DNA of 64,000 nt from an uncultured Gammaproteobacteria bacterium. Lineage in GTDB: Bacteria > Patescibacteriota > Microgenomatia > UBA1406 > HO2-37-13b. The translations under genes were made by a program, and so were the position numbers. The stretch lies in assembly GCA_964422025.1 (NCBI GenBank), contig CAYQYZ010000001.1, positions 184,200 to 248,199 of the forward strand, written 5' to 3'. A model generated the notes under the pieces. That model was given only the letters and a program-made list of their open reading frames with translations, had not been told where the DNA came from and made no database searches. How positions within the stretch are numbered: the stretch's first letter is position 1; each line of letters begins with the position of its first letter. This document shows, piece by piece, positions 16,059 through 25,715 of this stretch.

Positions 16059-16604
16059 ATGAAACGACGTGTTTTAGCCACAATTTTACTGCTGTTTACG
16101 CTCAATTTGAGCTCTCCTGTATTTGCCAATGGAACCACTTCAGAGCCTTCTGCAAGCATTATTTTACCCGGTTCAGAAACCAGTAAATCTCAGGAATATT
16201 TGTTAAAACAACGGGTTATTGAAAAAGTATTAACTCGCTATAATTCTCAGTTAGTTGGGGAAGCTGATACGTTTGTAAAATACGCGTATGAATACAATAT
16301 TGACCCCTATTTATTAATCTCGATTTCAGGGCTTGAAAGCTTTTTTGGTCGCCATATGATTCCCGGCAATTACAACGCATGGGGATGGGGTGGGGGGTAT
16401 ATTGGGTTACAAAGCTGGGATCATGCGATTTATACGATAAGTAAGGCACTGCGCGAGAATTATTACGATAAAGGAGCCCAAGACATTCACGACGTTGGTC
16501 GCAAATACGCCGAATCTCCTACTTGGTCAGTCCGTGTACAATATTTCATGGATCAATTCTATAAAGAAGAAGCTAAAATGAAAAAGCTTGATAGACTGTT
16601 ATAA
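16059..16604 (+). CDS. Secreted glucosaminidase-like peptidoglycan hydrolase, paralog B
   Basis: Signal peptide (MKRRVLATILLLFTLNLSSPVFA). YNIDPYLLISISGLESFFG...NAWGWGGG parallels the 15290 gene. Confidence 0.55.
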   Translation: MKRRVLATILLLFTLNLSSPVFANGTTSEPSASIILPGSETSKSQEYLLKQRVIEKVLTRYNSQLVGEADTFVKYAYEYNIDPYLLISISGLESFFGRHMIPGNYNAWGWGGGYIGLQSWDHAIYTISKALRENYYDKGAQDIHDVGRKYAESPTWSVRVQYFMDQFYKEEAKMKKLDRLL

Positions 16605-16613
16605 TATACTTCT

Positions 16614-16676
16614 TGCTCGGGTGGTGATCCGCCAGCTGGCGGATGGTATACACGCAGAGTATAAGGAACAATTGTT
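16614..16676 (+). repeat. Tandem partial copy of the tRNA-Leu 5' half (acceptor and D arm), carrying a 16-nt palindromic insertion
   Basis: tgctcgggtggtga[tccgccagctggcgga]tggtatacacgcag matches tgctcgggtggtga[aat]tggtatacacgcag of the intact tRNA 63 nt downstream. It diverges after the anticodon-stem 5' side. Confidence 0.5.
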
Positions 16677-16677
16677 T

Positions 16678-16765
16678 GCTCGGGTGGTGAAATTGGTATA
16701 CACGCAGGTTTTAGGAACCTGTGCCTTAAACGGCGTGGAGGTTCAAGTCCTCTCCCGAGCACCAT
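16678..16765 (+). tRNA. tRNA-Leu (anticodon TAG), type II with long variable arm, CCA encoded
   Basis: Acceptor GCTCGGG/CCCGAGC, D-arm GTG..CAC, anticodon stem CAGGT/ACCTG with loop ttTAGga, variable stem-loop gcc..ggc, T-arm GGAGGTTCAAGTCCTCT, then ACCA. Confidence 0.8.
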
Positions 16766-16945
16766 AGACAGACCTTTTGCCGAACATTTCACTTCCACTA
16801 CTTCCAAGCCTACTTTAGGCCTATTCGAGATATTAATTTTAAAAATATTGATACGTTTTAATAAAGTAAATACTCAGTTATGATGAAAAGGCATAAAATC
16901 GAATTATTTTTGAAGTTAATTGCATGTTACAATGATCTGAATATA

Positions 16946-19582
16946 ATGAATAAATTTACACTATCTATTGCTGCGTTTTTTATCTGCATGCTTTTCCCCG
17001 CTCCATCATTTGCTACCACATACGACATGGGAGATACGGCAAATTGGAATATCAGATTTGTTGGACCTGCAAATTCAACCTTAGGGTACGCGATCAGCGT
17101 TGTTATTAAGGATATTGATAACAATGGATCAAAAGATATTATAGTTGGTGATTATAGTGCCGACTTCAATTCCCGAGCAGATTCCGGATCGCTTTATGTA
17201 ATCAAGCATGAACTATTTGCCGATCTTGTAGGAACGGGAAACTCGATTGATTTGTCAGATCCAACTAATTACTCTTACAGATTTGATGCGGCAGTTGCTG
17301 GCGATCAATTAGCAACAACCGGTGTTCAAGTTGCAGATATTAACAATAACAATATTCCAGATATAATTGTTGGTTCATCAAGTTCTGATTACAATTCTCG
17401 ATCAGAATCTGGATCTGTATACATTATCTATGATAGTATTTACTCAGCAAGTGAAGGAGCAGGAAATATCTTTGACTTAGCTAATTCCTCATCATATTCT
17501 ATCCGTATTGACGGTGCCGCTGCAGATGATTTACTTTCCCTAGACTCATTGACTGTTAAAGATATCAACAACGATTCTAAGAATGATCTATTAATCGGGT
17601 CTTTTTTTGCTGATAATAATAGCAGATCGAAATCTGGATCAATTTATGCGCTTTATAATTCACTTTTAATGGATTATGTCGGAACTGGAAATACAGTAGA
17701 TCTTTCTACACCCAGTAACTTTAATCTAAGGTTTGATGGAGCTGTTGCAAACAACTTATTAGGTCGAGGACAACACGAAGTGGTCGACATAGACAATGAT
17801 GGTTTTGTAGATCTTACACTAGGAGCGGGTGAAGCTGATTTTAATTCAAAAACAAATTCGGGTTCAGTTTACATTGTGCAGTCATCATTGTTTAGATCAA
17901 TCGCTGGGACAGGGAACACAATAGATATGGCAGAAAGCACAAATTGGACACTACGAATTGATGGAGCTACAGCCGGAGATCAACTCGGAGCATTGGGAAA
18001 ATCTGTAACTGATATAAATAACAATGAATATCCTGATTTTTTACTCGGTGCCTTCGGAGCTGATTTTAATGGACGTTCTGGTTCTGGGTCTTTGTATGCT
18101 GTTTACGACGACATAATCTCTACTTATTCTGGAACTGGTAATACTTTTCAGCTCTCAGATACTTCAAAATGGAATCTCCGCTTTGATGGACCAGTCATCG
18201 GTGATGGTTTTGGTTCTTATACGACGCTCACAGGTGATTTAGATAATGATGGCCAGCGAGATATTGTTGCGGGAACTGCAAACGGAGACGTTGGGAGTTT
18301 TACAAATGCCGGATCTGTTTTTGTTATTTTCAACGATCTTTTTAATTCATTAACTGGCACAGGAAATACAATCGACCTACTCAACTCTTCTAATTACTCA
18401 TTTCGGTATGACGGCCAAGATTCGTATCATTATCTGGGTTTGTCTACAGTAATTGATGATATAAATCTAGATGGTCAGCTTGATCTAATTATGAGCCAAC
18501 CAATGCACACAATCACTATTCCATCTGGAACAGGGTACCTACACGTCATAGATTATTTTCCGCATGTTATAACTCATAGTGAAACTATTGGAGATATTCG
18601 AAAGCCATTTACTTTTAAAGGGCTTGTTACTGCACCAAACAATCCAACATCAATAGCACGGGTTCAATGGGGACATCAACGATCATTTGGGAATCTTACA
18701 GCTACGGTATCGACGGACTTTGAAAATGCTTGGATTGATTGTAATGCAGTTGATGGGGCTTTCAACTCTAACACAGAAGAATTTACATGTTCACATTCAG
18801 CACTCGACGGACGCCCCCACTTTACAATTCCGCATGATGTATTCATACGAGCACAAGACACTAAAGGAATATGGACTCCGGTTGCAAATTACTTTCAACA
18901 CAGATTCCAATTAAACGATACTTCCAACGGCAATAACAATGCATCTGAAAGTCGTCCACATTTAGTCAGAAACGAAGCAGGAATTGTAAAAAATTCAGGA
19001 GGTGGATCCAATATAGTTTCTATAATAGTTTCCGCCAATACAATTCCCTTTGATAGTTTTATTACTGTTGAAAATGAAGTTAAGAAAAGCTTAATACGCA
19101 TTGGGGCATATTGGCAAATTTCTGAAGTAAAAAAAGTGTGGTTTCATTCATTTCATAATCGTGCAACAGTTGCAGAGTCATTGCAAATGAATCCTTCGAT
19201 AATTTCGATGACCTACAGTAATCATGACCTTGCTTCACCAGGCGTTCCTGGATACTTTTTCCCGCAACACAATCTTAAATTAGCTTATTCCTCAGATGGG
19301 ATAAAATGGAAAATACTACAGAATTCAGTTGTTGATACACAAAATAAAACTGTTGCATCAATAAACAAAATTGGTGGCTACTACATGATAGTTGGCACGC
19401 CATATTTGAAATTAAATAGTACAGTCCGTGAGCTATTTGATATACAGCGTCAACAAGATTTTTTAGAAAGTCCAGTTTTAAAATTAAAACCTGTGAAAAA
19501 AGAGGTTAATCTAACTAATAAGCCGATTATCAATAACACTTCGTTTTTCCAAAAAATTTTGAACCACTTTAAATTGTTCTAA
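16946..19582 (+). CDS. Large secreted surface protein with integrin-alpha-type FG-GAP/beta-propeller repeats and a C-terminal domain shared with the next gene
   Basis: Signal peptide (MNKFTLSIAAFFICMLFPAPSFA). More than 8 repeats of the form D(I/V)(N/D)N(D/N)G..D(I/L)(I/L)(V/L)G.....N.....SG(S/A)(V/L)Y(V/I) are typical of FG-GAP. The ORF-track start at 16880 adds an extension before the signal peptide. Confidence 0.65.
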   Translation: MNKFTLSIAAFFICMLFPAPSFATTYDMGDTANWNIRFVGPANSTLGYAISVVIKDIDNNGSKDIIVGDYSADFNSRADSGSLYVIKHELFADLVGTGNSIDLSDPTNYSYRFDAAVAGDQLATTGVQVADINNNNIPDIIVGSSSSDYNSRSESGSVYIIYDSIYSASEGAGNIFDLANSSSYSIRIDGAAADDLLSLDSLTVKDINNDSKNDLLIGSFFADNNSRSKSGSIYALYNSLLMDYVGTGNTVDLSTPSNFNLRFDGAVANNLLGRGQHEVVDIDNDGFVDLTLGAGEADFNSKTNSGSVYIVQSSLFRSIAGTGNTIDMAESTNWTLRIDGATAGDQLGALGKSVTDINNNEYPDFLLGAFGADFNGRSGSGSLYAVYDDIISTYSGTGNTFQLSDTSKWNLRFDGPVIGDGFGSYTTLTGDLDNDGQRDIVAGTANGDVGSFTNAGSVFVIFNDLFNSLTGTGNTIDLLNSSNYSFRYDGQDSYHYLGLSTVIDDINLDGQLDLIMSQPMHTITIPSGTGYLHVIDYFPHVITHSETIGDIRKPFTFKGLVTAPNNPTSIARVQWGHQRSFGNLTATVSTDFENAWIDCNAVDGAFNSNTEEFTCSHSALDGRPHFTIPHDVFIRAQDTKGIWTPVANYFQHRFQLNDTSNGNNNASESRPHLVRNEAGIVKNSGGGSNIVSIIVSANTIPFDSFITVENEVKKSLIRIGAYWQISEVKKVWFHSFHNRATVAESLQMNPSIISMTYSNHDLASPGVPGYFFPQHNLKLAYSSDGIKWKILQNSVVDTQNKTVASINKIGGYYMIVGTPYLKLNSTVRELFDIQRQQDFLESPVLKLKPVKKEVNLTNKPIINNTSFFQKILNHFKLF

Positions 19583-19594
19583 TTTACATGTAGC

Positions 19595-21832
19595 ATGCTT
19601 ACAAAGCCACAATTCATTCGTAACGTATTCATCACATTAGTTACAGTACTAACGATGACTGGAATATTTCACACGTACAGAAACAGTAAGCCAAAAGTTG
19701 CTCAAGGTTCTTTTCACATAGCTCAATATCTGAATGACCAGTGGGAACAAAAACACGATGCTAATTATTCAGTTGAGTATCAAACAAAAGATTTTCAGTT
19801 AATTCCACAAAACAATCAAATCAAAGTTCGTATCAATCAAAATACCGTTTCATACGGAGATATTGAATTTGTACAACTACGTGCTTGTGGAACAATTATT
19901 ACGCCTGAATATGCGCGCTACGTAGATACGGAAGAAAGTGTGCTCAATGATATTCTCTTGGATGACCACAATGTTGTCGTTAACCACGAAAAACCCATTG
20001 AACTTTTATGGAAAATTCCAGAAGAATGTGAGCAAGTTGCAACGCTTTCGTTAAAGGCAAATGAATATGAATCGCCCGAGAAAAATGCTTTTCGTTTCCC
20101 TGATTGGGCAATTCCATTACAGTCATATACGTTTCAAAATAATGGCTCTTTGACTATAGATGGTCTGCTTACTGAAGTCGATGGATTTGCTACCCCCAAG
20201 TATTCGCCTTTTTGGACAGCCGGAACAGGTCACCCTTCGAATAATACGCATATATACATTAAAGACGATGCGGACTACGTATATTTTGCTGTCGACATTA
20301 CTCTCGACAATACAAATGAATTTGGCCCTGATTGGTTAAAAATTTTTGCACAAAATACAAAAACAGGAGAGCCAGTCGAATACCGCGTTGATGACTATCA
20401 AGATAAACACGGAAAATGTAGTTTCGGCTTAACAAGTAAAGTACCATACAAACACCAAACATGTGAAATTCGTATTCCAAAAAAAGTTTTGACGGAAAAT
20501 AAACTCGATTTTATTTTGCGATATTATGGAACTGGAGGAGCCCCAGCTGTAAGTATTGACACCATGAGCTTTAGCGCGACAACATCTGATTCAACGCCAA
20601 CTATATCGGGAAGAGCACTGGCAGAAGATGGAGCTTCCGCACTTACTGGAGTATCATTCGGACTTGCTGACAGCCAAGTAGCTAGTGAAGGAAATATAGT
20701 CCCGAATTATGATGGAACTTGTATTGCCGATGATGGAGCCTTTGATGAGACAATAGATACATTTACCTGTACAACCAGTACCCTTTCGCCGGGTGGCTAC
20801 CGCATGTTTATTAGAGCTACAAATGGATCGCAATCGGGAACAAATAATACGGCTATTTTTACTGTAACTGATGGAACTGCTCCGTCACTTACACTTACAG
20901 CTGTTACCGATCCGACCACCGATACAACTCCTACGCTTTCAGGAACTTCTACCGATGTTTCGGGTACGGTTTCAAGTGTTGAATTTCAAATGGATGGAAC
21001 AGGGGGGAGTTGGTCTGCATGTATCGCTGATGATGGAACATTTGATGAAGCAAGTGAAACATTTACCTGTACACCATCAACACTTTCTGTTGGATCACAC
21101 ACGATGTATGTACGGACAACTGACAATTCATCGAATGTTTCTTCCAACAGCACCGACGAATTCACCATTGCCACTGCTCCAACTTCAACTCCAACACAGG
21201 GCCCTTCTGCTACTCCAGCCCCTAACAATAACAGCAATGAAACAATTCAAATTCCTCAGGGATCAGGTGGAAGTAATGGTGGAGGAGTTATGTCATCAGT
21301 AAAAGATTCAAATACGTTTGGTCAACGAGTATTTTCGATAATTGAACCGAACACTCTAACATTCAATGCTTTCCTTTCGGCTCGAGCTATTGCAGCATCA
21401 TTTCCTAATAACATATTGCCAAACCCTATGACAAATGGTCTTAGTAAAAGCACAGTAAAAACTAATGCAGTGTATGCAGGCGGCACGCATATTGGTATAA
21501 AAACAAGCGCAGGTATTTATTGGCAAGTAGGAAATGTTCAAAATATATGGTATAAAGCGTATGCTCCAACCGGAAGTTCCATTGAACCTGCAAAAATAAT
21601 CCCTGAATTGCAAAAAAAGCCTTCTATTATTACGTTAAGCTATACCGACTCCCAACTTGTTCCACCGGGTCGCCCAAAAACAAAATTTTCACCAAAGGGT
21701 CTAAAAATAGCCACTTCAATAGATGGTGTTACGTGGAAATTATTGCCAACATCAGTAGTTGATAGCAAAAACAAAACAGTCTCAGCATTGCATAAAATCG
21801 GCGGCTACTACATGATTACTGCTAATAAATAA
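19595..21832 (+). CDS. Large surface protein with tandem bacterial Ig-like domains and a Thr/Ser/Pro-rich linker. Its C-terminal ~110 aa are paralogous to the 16946 gene
   Basis: Repeated TPT(I/L)SG...C(I/W)ADDG(A/T)FDE...(T/E)FTCT...G.(R/T)M(F/Y)(I/V)R(A/T)T(N/D) Ig-like units. C-terminal SIITLSYTDSQLVPPG...IGGYYMI aligns with SIISMTYSNHDLASPG...IGGYYMI of the upstream protein. Confidence 0.65.
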   Translation: MLTKPQFIRNVFITLVTVLTMTGIFHTYRNSKPKVAQGSFHIAQYLNDQWEQKHDANYSVEYQTKDFQLIPQNNQIKVRINQNTVSYGDIEFVQLRACGTIITPEYARYVDTEESVLNDILLDDHNVVVNHEKPIELLWKIPEECEQVATLSLKANEYESPEKNAFRFPDWAIPLQSYTFQNNGSLTIDGLLTEVDGFATPKYSPFWTAGTGHPSNNTHIYIKDDADYVYFAVDITLDNTNEFGPDWLKIFAQNTKTGEPVEYRVDDYQDKHGKCSFGLTSKVPYKHQTCEIRIPKKVLTENKLDFILRYYGTGGAPAVSIDTMSFSATTSDSTPTISGRALAEDGASALTGVSFGLADSQVASEGNIVPNYDGTCIADDGAFDETIDTFTCTTSTLSPGGYRMFIRATNGSQSGTNNTAIFTVTDGTAPSLTLTAVTDPTTDTTPTLSGTSTDVSGTVSSVEFQMDGTGGSWSACIADDGTFDEASETFTCTPSTLSVGSHTMYVRTTDNSSNVSSNSTDEFTIATAPTSTPTQGPSATPAPNNNSNETIQIPQGSGGSNGGGVMSSVKDSNTFGQRVFSIIEPNTLTFNAFLSARAIAASFPNNILPNPMTNGLSKSTVKTNAVYAGGTHIGIKTSAGIYWQVGNVQNIWYKAYAPTGSSIEPAKIIPELQKKPSIITLSYTDSQLVPPGRPKTKFSPKGLKIATSIDGVTWKLLPTSVVDSKNKTVSALHKIGGYYMITANK

Positions 21833-21872
21833 AATAGTATTGCATCACAAAGTTTTTATAGTAAAATACTAT

Positions 21873-22274
21873 ATGGAAGCAATAGTAATAAGAAATAGTG
21901 CAATCGAAAGAGTTCGGGCGGCTACTACATGGGCAAAAACCAACGCTGGTCCGCTAGTTTTTTTAGCAGGTGCTATTTCGCTTATTTACTCTCGGACTGC
22001 GCATGAAGAAGATCTTGATACAGCTCAATGTGGACCTATCGGCTGTTTCACCTCACTTGGCAAACTTGTTCCCGTAGGTCTTGCCGATGGACTTGATTAC
22101 TGTGCAAATGTAACTCGTCGATTTGACCAAAACACTGGCACAATAATATTCGATAGCTCAATGACATACAATGGAGTTGACTATTGCATCGAATGGAATC
22201 CTGATCAGCATCGTGGCACCGCAACACGTGTTGGAGGATTTTGTCTGCCAGCAACCCCAGATGTGAACGAATAA
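21873..22274 (+). CDS. Hypothetical small Cys-containing protein, possibly secreted
   Basis: ORF track (frame from 21840). I chose the internal Met at 21873. It has 7 Cys and no known domain. Confidence 0.3.
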   Translation: MEAIVIRNSAIERVRAATTWAKTNAGPLVFLAGAISLIYSRTAHEEDLDTAQCGPIGCFTSLGKLVPVGLADGLDYCANVTRRFDQNTGTIIFDSSMTYNGVDYCIEWNPDQHRGTATRVGGFCLPATPDVNE

Positions 22275-22302
22275 ATAATCGTATCTGCTATAATATACTC
22301 TT

Positions 22303-23175
22303 ATGAAAACCTACACAAAAAAAGATTTGGGCAAGGGAACAATTGAACTTTTGATTACATTAGACAAAGATGTCATTAAAAAAGAGTTCGATGTTACATT
22401 CGATAAAGCGCTAACGGAAGTTGAAGTCGAAGGCTTCCGCAAAGGAAAAGCTCCTAAGGATATGGCTTCAAAACTGGTTGATCGAGAGAAAGTATATGAA
22501 AAAGTAATTGGCGAGTTAATTCCTGTCGCTTATGAGGAAGTTCTTAAAAAAGAATCATTAACACCTGCCACACAACCCCACGTTGAGCTCGTAAACGGCA
22601 AGGAAGGCGAAGATTGGGTAATTAAGATTACATTGGCTCTTCGACCGGTGGTAACAGTAGGGGACTACAAAAAAATTGTAAAAGATGTTAAAGGCGACAT
22701 GAAAAAAGATGAAATTTGGGTTCCAGGTAAGGAAGTAAAGCCTGAAGACAAAAATAAAGCTGAAGAAAATAAGCGAAAAATGTTGAATGCTATCTTAGAT
22801 AAGTTAGCTCATGATTCTACCGTTGAAATGTCTGATTTGATCATGAAAGACGAAGTAAATCGCCGACTTACTCAGCTCCTCGACGACGTAAAGCAAATCG
22901 GCATGACCGTTGAAGAATATGCTCGTTCAAAAAATACAACGCTCGAAGCTATGAAAGCCCAATTTGAGCATGAAATTGAAGATATGTACAAAATTGAACT
23001 CGGACTCGAGAAAATTAGCGATGAAGCTAAAATTACGGTTGAGGAATCTGATTTGGCAGCAATGCTTGGTAACATTACCGACCCGAAAGCAAAAGAACAG
23101 GCACAAAAAAATGCATATTTTTATGCAACAGTCATAAAACGACAAAAAACACTTGACCATCTGCTCAGCCTTTGA
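22303..23175 (+). CDS. tig: Trigger factor (short form lacking the PPIase domain)
   Basis: GFRKGKAPK at the N-terminus is the ribosome-binding signature (GFRxGxxP) of trigger factor. Acidic helical C-terminal domain. 290 aa is consistent with the reduced CPR form. Confidence 0.7.
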   Translation: MKTYTKKDLGKGTIELLITLDKDVIKKEFDVTFDKALTEVEVEGFRKGKAPKDMASKLVDREKVYEKVIGELIPVAYEEVLKKESLTPATQPHVELVNGKEGEDWVIKITLALRPVVTVGDYKKIVKDVKGDMKKDEIWVPGKEVKPEDKNKAEENKRKMLNAILDKLAHDSTVEMSDLIMKDEVNRRLTQLLDDVKQIGMTVEEYARSKNTTLEAMKAQFEHEIEDMYKIELGLEKISDEAKITVEESDLAAMLGNITDPKAKEQAQKNAYFYATVIKRQKTLDHLLSL

Positions 23176-23237
23176 TATCCTTACCTCAAGCACGTGTACC
23201 TTGACGTACTTAACGTCCTGTAGTATAATAGAGGCTT

Positions 23238-23759
23238 ATGAATTTTCCTGTACTTGGCACAAAAAAAAGCAAGTTCGTAAAAAATCCTTTGGAGATAGAT
23301 ACGGCTGTGCGTTCTTACGGCGAGCGCCGTCCTACTCCGACTGCACCTGAAAATAAACAACCACGAACTGAATTCACTATTTTTAGTCAGGTTCACCACA
23401 TTGAAAATGTTGAAAATGCTAAAAAAGTAGATACATTGCTTGCCCAAGTAAAAGAGCAGGTTGATGTTATTCAAAACTATAACAAATCAATTCAATCTGA
23501 AATTAAAGATATAGAAAAAGTTTTAATTACCGGTGTGGCAGAAGGAAACAAAAAAGGATCGTATATTGAAAATATTCTTGAAGTATTCTTGTTTGTGTTG
23601 CGCAATTTAACCTCTAAGTTAGGTGAAGCTAAAACATGGCTTTCTGCAATGGAAACTAAAAAAGCAAAACGAGGTTCTGCATTTGCTGCCCGATCTAAAA
23701 AGAAGGGAACTTCATATTCAATGTCACAAGAACTTTCAAACGCACGATCAGTTCAGTAA
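23238..23759 (+). CDS. Hypothetical protein, 173 aa, basic C-terminus
   Basis: ORF track only. Confidence 0.35.
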   Translation: MNFPVLGTKKSKFVKNPLEIDTAVRSYGERRPTPTAPENKQPRTEFTIFSQVHHIENVENAKKVDTLLAQVKEQVDVIQNYNKSIQSEIKDIEKVLITGVAEGNKKGSYIENILEVFLFVLRNLTSKLGEAKTWLSAMETKKAKRGSAFAARSKKKGTSYSMSQELSNARSVQ

Positions 23760-23783
23760 GATATTTGATATAATAGTCCAATC

Positions 23784-23857
23784 GGGCGGTTAGCTCAGTT
23801 GGCTAGAGCGTTGCATTGACATTGCAAAGGTCACAGGTTCAAGTCCTGTACTGCCCA
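23784..23857 (+). tRNA. tRNA-Val (anticodon GAC), CCA not encoded
   Basis: Acceptor GGGCGGT/ACTGCCC (one G-U), D-arm GCTCAGTTGGCTAGAGC, anticodon stem TTGCA/TGCAA with loop ttGACat, T-arm ACAGGTTCAAGTCCTGT, discriminator A. Confidence 0.8.
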
Positions 23858-23909
23858 CACTCCTCGAACTTGACCCCTTCAGATACTTCCTGTACTATTA
23901 CCTACTACT

Positions 23910-25268
23910 ATGTTGTTCGATAAGCCCCTTTGTTTTGTTGATATTGAAACTACCGGAACGAGCGTAACCCACGATCGGATTATTGAAGTGGGAATGCTTA
24001 AAGTGGTTGATAATGAAGTTGTGGACACGTATGAGTCGCTCATTAATCCGAATGCGCATGTTTCTCCGTTTATAACGAGTATCACCGGTATCTCTCCCTC
24101 GGACCTTGAAGACGCGCCGAGCTTTGAGGCTATTTACCCGGATATTTACAAATTTTTAGAAGGTTCCATTTTTGTTGCGCATAATGCGCGGTTTGATTAT
24201 GGATTCATTCGACAAGAATTTGGAAGATTCGAAATCTCATACAGCTCTCCTTTACTGTGCACCGTACGACTCTCTCGATTACTCTACCCACGGTACAAAC
24301 GCCATAATTTAGACAGTATTATTGAGCGATTTAACATTAATTGTGAGCGCCGGCACCGAGCGCTAGACGATTCTAGAGTTATGTTCGAGTTTTTTACGCA
24401 AACGCAACAAAATTTTTCCGAAGAAACACTCCAAAAGGCGGTAAATACCATTCTCAAAAAGCCTTCTATTCCACTCAATGTTTCAAATGCAATTTTAGAC
24501 GATATCCCACAAACTCCTGGGGTGTACATTTTCTATGGCGAATCAGATACTCCATTATATGTAGGAAAGAGTACTAATATTCGAAATCGAGTTATGTCGC
24601 ATTTTACATCGGATGGTAAGTCTACAAAAGAAATGAATATTGCCCAACAATTACGACGCGTTGAGACAATTCAGACCGCGGGGGAATTAGGTGCACTTAT
24701 AAAGGAATCTAAACTGATAAAAGAAATGCAGCCTACATATAATCGAATGTTGCGGATGAAACGTGAGATAACTGTTCTAACGAAGCTAACGGATGAAAAT
24801 GGGTATGATAGAGTTACCATAGAGAGTCACTCTGCGATTGGCCAAGATCAATTGGATAATATTTTGGCCGTGTGTAAAACAAAACGGCAGGCAAAAGAGT
24901 TGCTTGTAGCAATCTGCAAGGAGCATGGACTGTGCGAGAATCTAATGGGCATTTCCAAAGGAACTGGGAGCTGTTTTTCTTCTAAATTAGGAGTCTGTAA
25001 AGGTGCGTGTACTAATAAAGAGCTGCCGGTGAAATATAACATACGATTTTTGCAGGCGTTTTTTGCCACAAAAATTAAACGCTGGCCATTTGAAGGTCCA
25101 ATACAGATCGTGGAGGAGTCAACCGGTAAATCAGAGGTATTTGAAGTAGATAATTGGTGTTTGGTAGGGGAGAGTGACGGAATTTTTGACTACGACACGT
25201 ACAAAATCCTTGCCCGGTTTATTTTGGATGATAAAAATCAGAATAAAATCTCAACAATATATGCATAA
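23910..25268 (+). CDS. DnaQ-like DEDDh 3'-5' exonuclease fused to a GIY-YIG nuclease domain (DNA Pol III epsilon / UvrC-Cho-like fusion)
   Basis: N-terminal FVDIETTGT...VAHNARFDYGF...HRALDDS (Exo I/II/III). Central PGVYIFYGESDTPLYVGKSTNIRNRVMSHF (GIY-YIG). Confidence 0.75.
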   Translation: MLFDKPLCFVDIETTGTSVTHDRIIEVGMLKVVDNEVVDTYESLINPNAHVSPFITSITGISPSDLEDAPSFEAIYPDIYKFLEGSIFVAHNARFDYGFIRQEFGRFEISYSSPLLCTVRLSRLLYPRYKRHNLDSIIERFNINCERRHRALDDSRVMFEFFTQTQQNFSEETLQKAVNTILKKPSIPLNVSNAILDDIPQTPGVYIFYGESDTPLYVGKSTNIRNRVMSHFTSDGKSTKEMNIAQQLRRVETIQTAGELGALIKESKLIKEMQPTYNRMLRMKREITVLTKLTDENGYDRVTIESHSAIGQDQLDNILAVCKTKRQAKELLVAICKEHGLCENLMGISKGTGSCFSSKLGVCKGACTNKELPVKYNIRFLQAFFATKIKRWPFEGPIQIVEESTGKSEVFEVDNWCLVGESDGIFDYDTYKILARFILDDKNQNKISTIYA

Positions 25269-25695
25269 ACACATGCTTGTTTCTGTCATCATCGTTATTA
25301 AACACTTCAATCAATTTCTTTTGGTACAAAGAAAACACAATGATGATATTTTTCCCGGTAAATGGCAAAATCTAGGTGGAAAAGTCGAACCAGAGGAAAC
25401 GGTAGAAAATGCAATTATTCGCGAAGTAAAAGAAGAAGTAAATATTACGATACCAAAATCACTGCAGCCTGACTTTCTACATAGTTATTCATGGAAAAAA
25501 GAAGATAAAGGACCTAGTAGATTAGGACTTATTTTTTTAGTTACTTTATCAAGAAAACCAAAAGTTATAATTAATGATGAACTTAACAACTACGGATGGT
25601 ACACCTATAAAGAAATGCTACAACTTGACACAATTGGGAAACAATCATCTACAGGTACTCGTGCTCAAATTAGATGGGCAATCGATAGAAAGTAA
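25261..25695 (+). CDS. Nudix hydrolase
   Basis: Nudix box GGKVEPEETVENAIIREVKEEVNI (G-x5-E-x7-REV-x-EE). I chose the start at ATG 25261, overlapping the upstream stop. The ORF-track start at 25174 is inside the previous gene. Confidence 0.6.
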   Translation: MHKHMLVSVIIVIKHFNQFLLVQRKHNDDIFPGKWQNLGGKVEPEETVENAIIREVKEEVNITIPKSLQPDFLHSYSWKKEDKGPSRLGLIFLVTLSRKPKVIINDELNNYGWYTYKEMLQLDTIGKQSSTGTRAQIRWAIDRK

Positions 25696-25715
25696 GTGGT
25701 GTATAATTGCATATA

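Noticed and set aside
16614-16765. Using the tRNA-Leu partial duplicate as attL/attR delimiting a 16-kb island
   Set aside because: The partial and intact copies are adjacent (63 nt apart) and do not sit at opposite ends of the accessory region. I report it only as a possible integration or excision scar.
16559-16807. Minus-strand 82-aa ORF
   Set aside because: Overlaps the tRNA-Leu gene and its partial duplicate. Pro/Arg-rich translation of tRNA antisense. Spurious.
20871-21302. Plus 143-aa and minus 83-aa ORFs inside the Ig-repeat surface protein gene
   Set aside because: Alternative-frame readings of a Thr/Ser/Pro-rich repetitive region. The main frame has recurring Ig-like motifs.
25174-25260. 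ORF-track N-terminal extensions for the Nudix gene (25174) and thrS (25574)
   Set aside because: The extensions overlap the preceding genes in-frame-shifted. Conserved N-termini begin at downstream ATGs (25261 and 25716).
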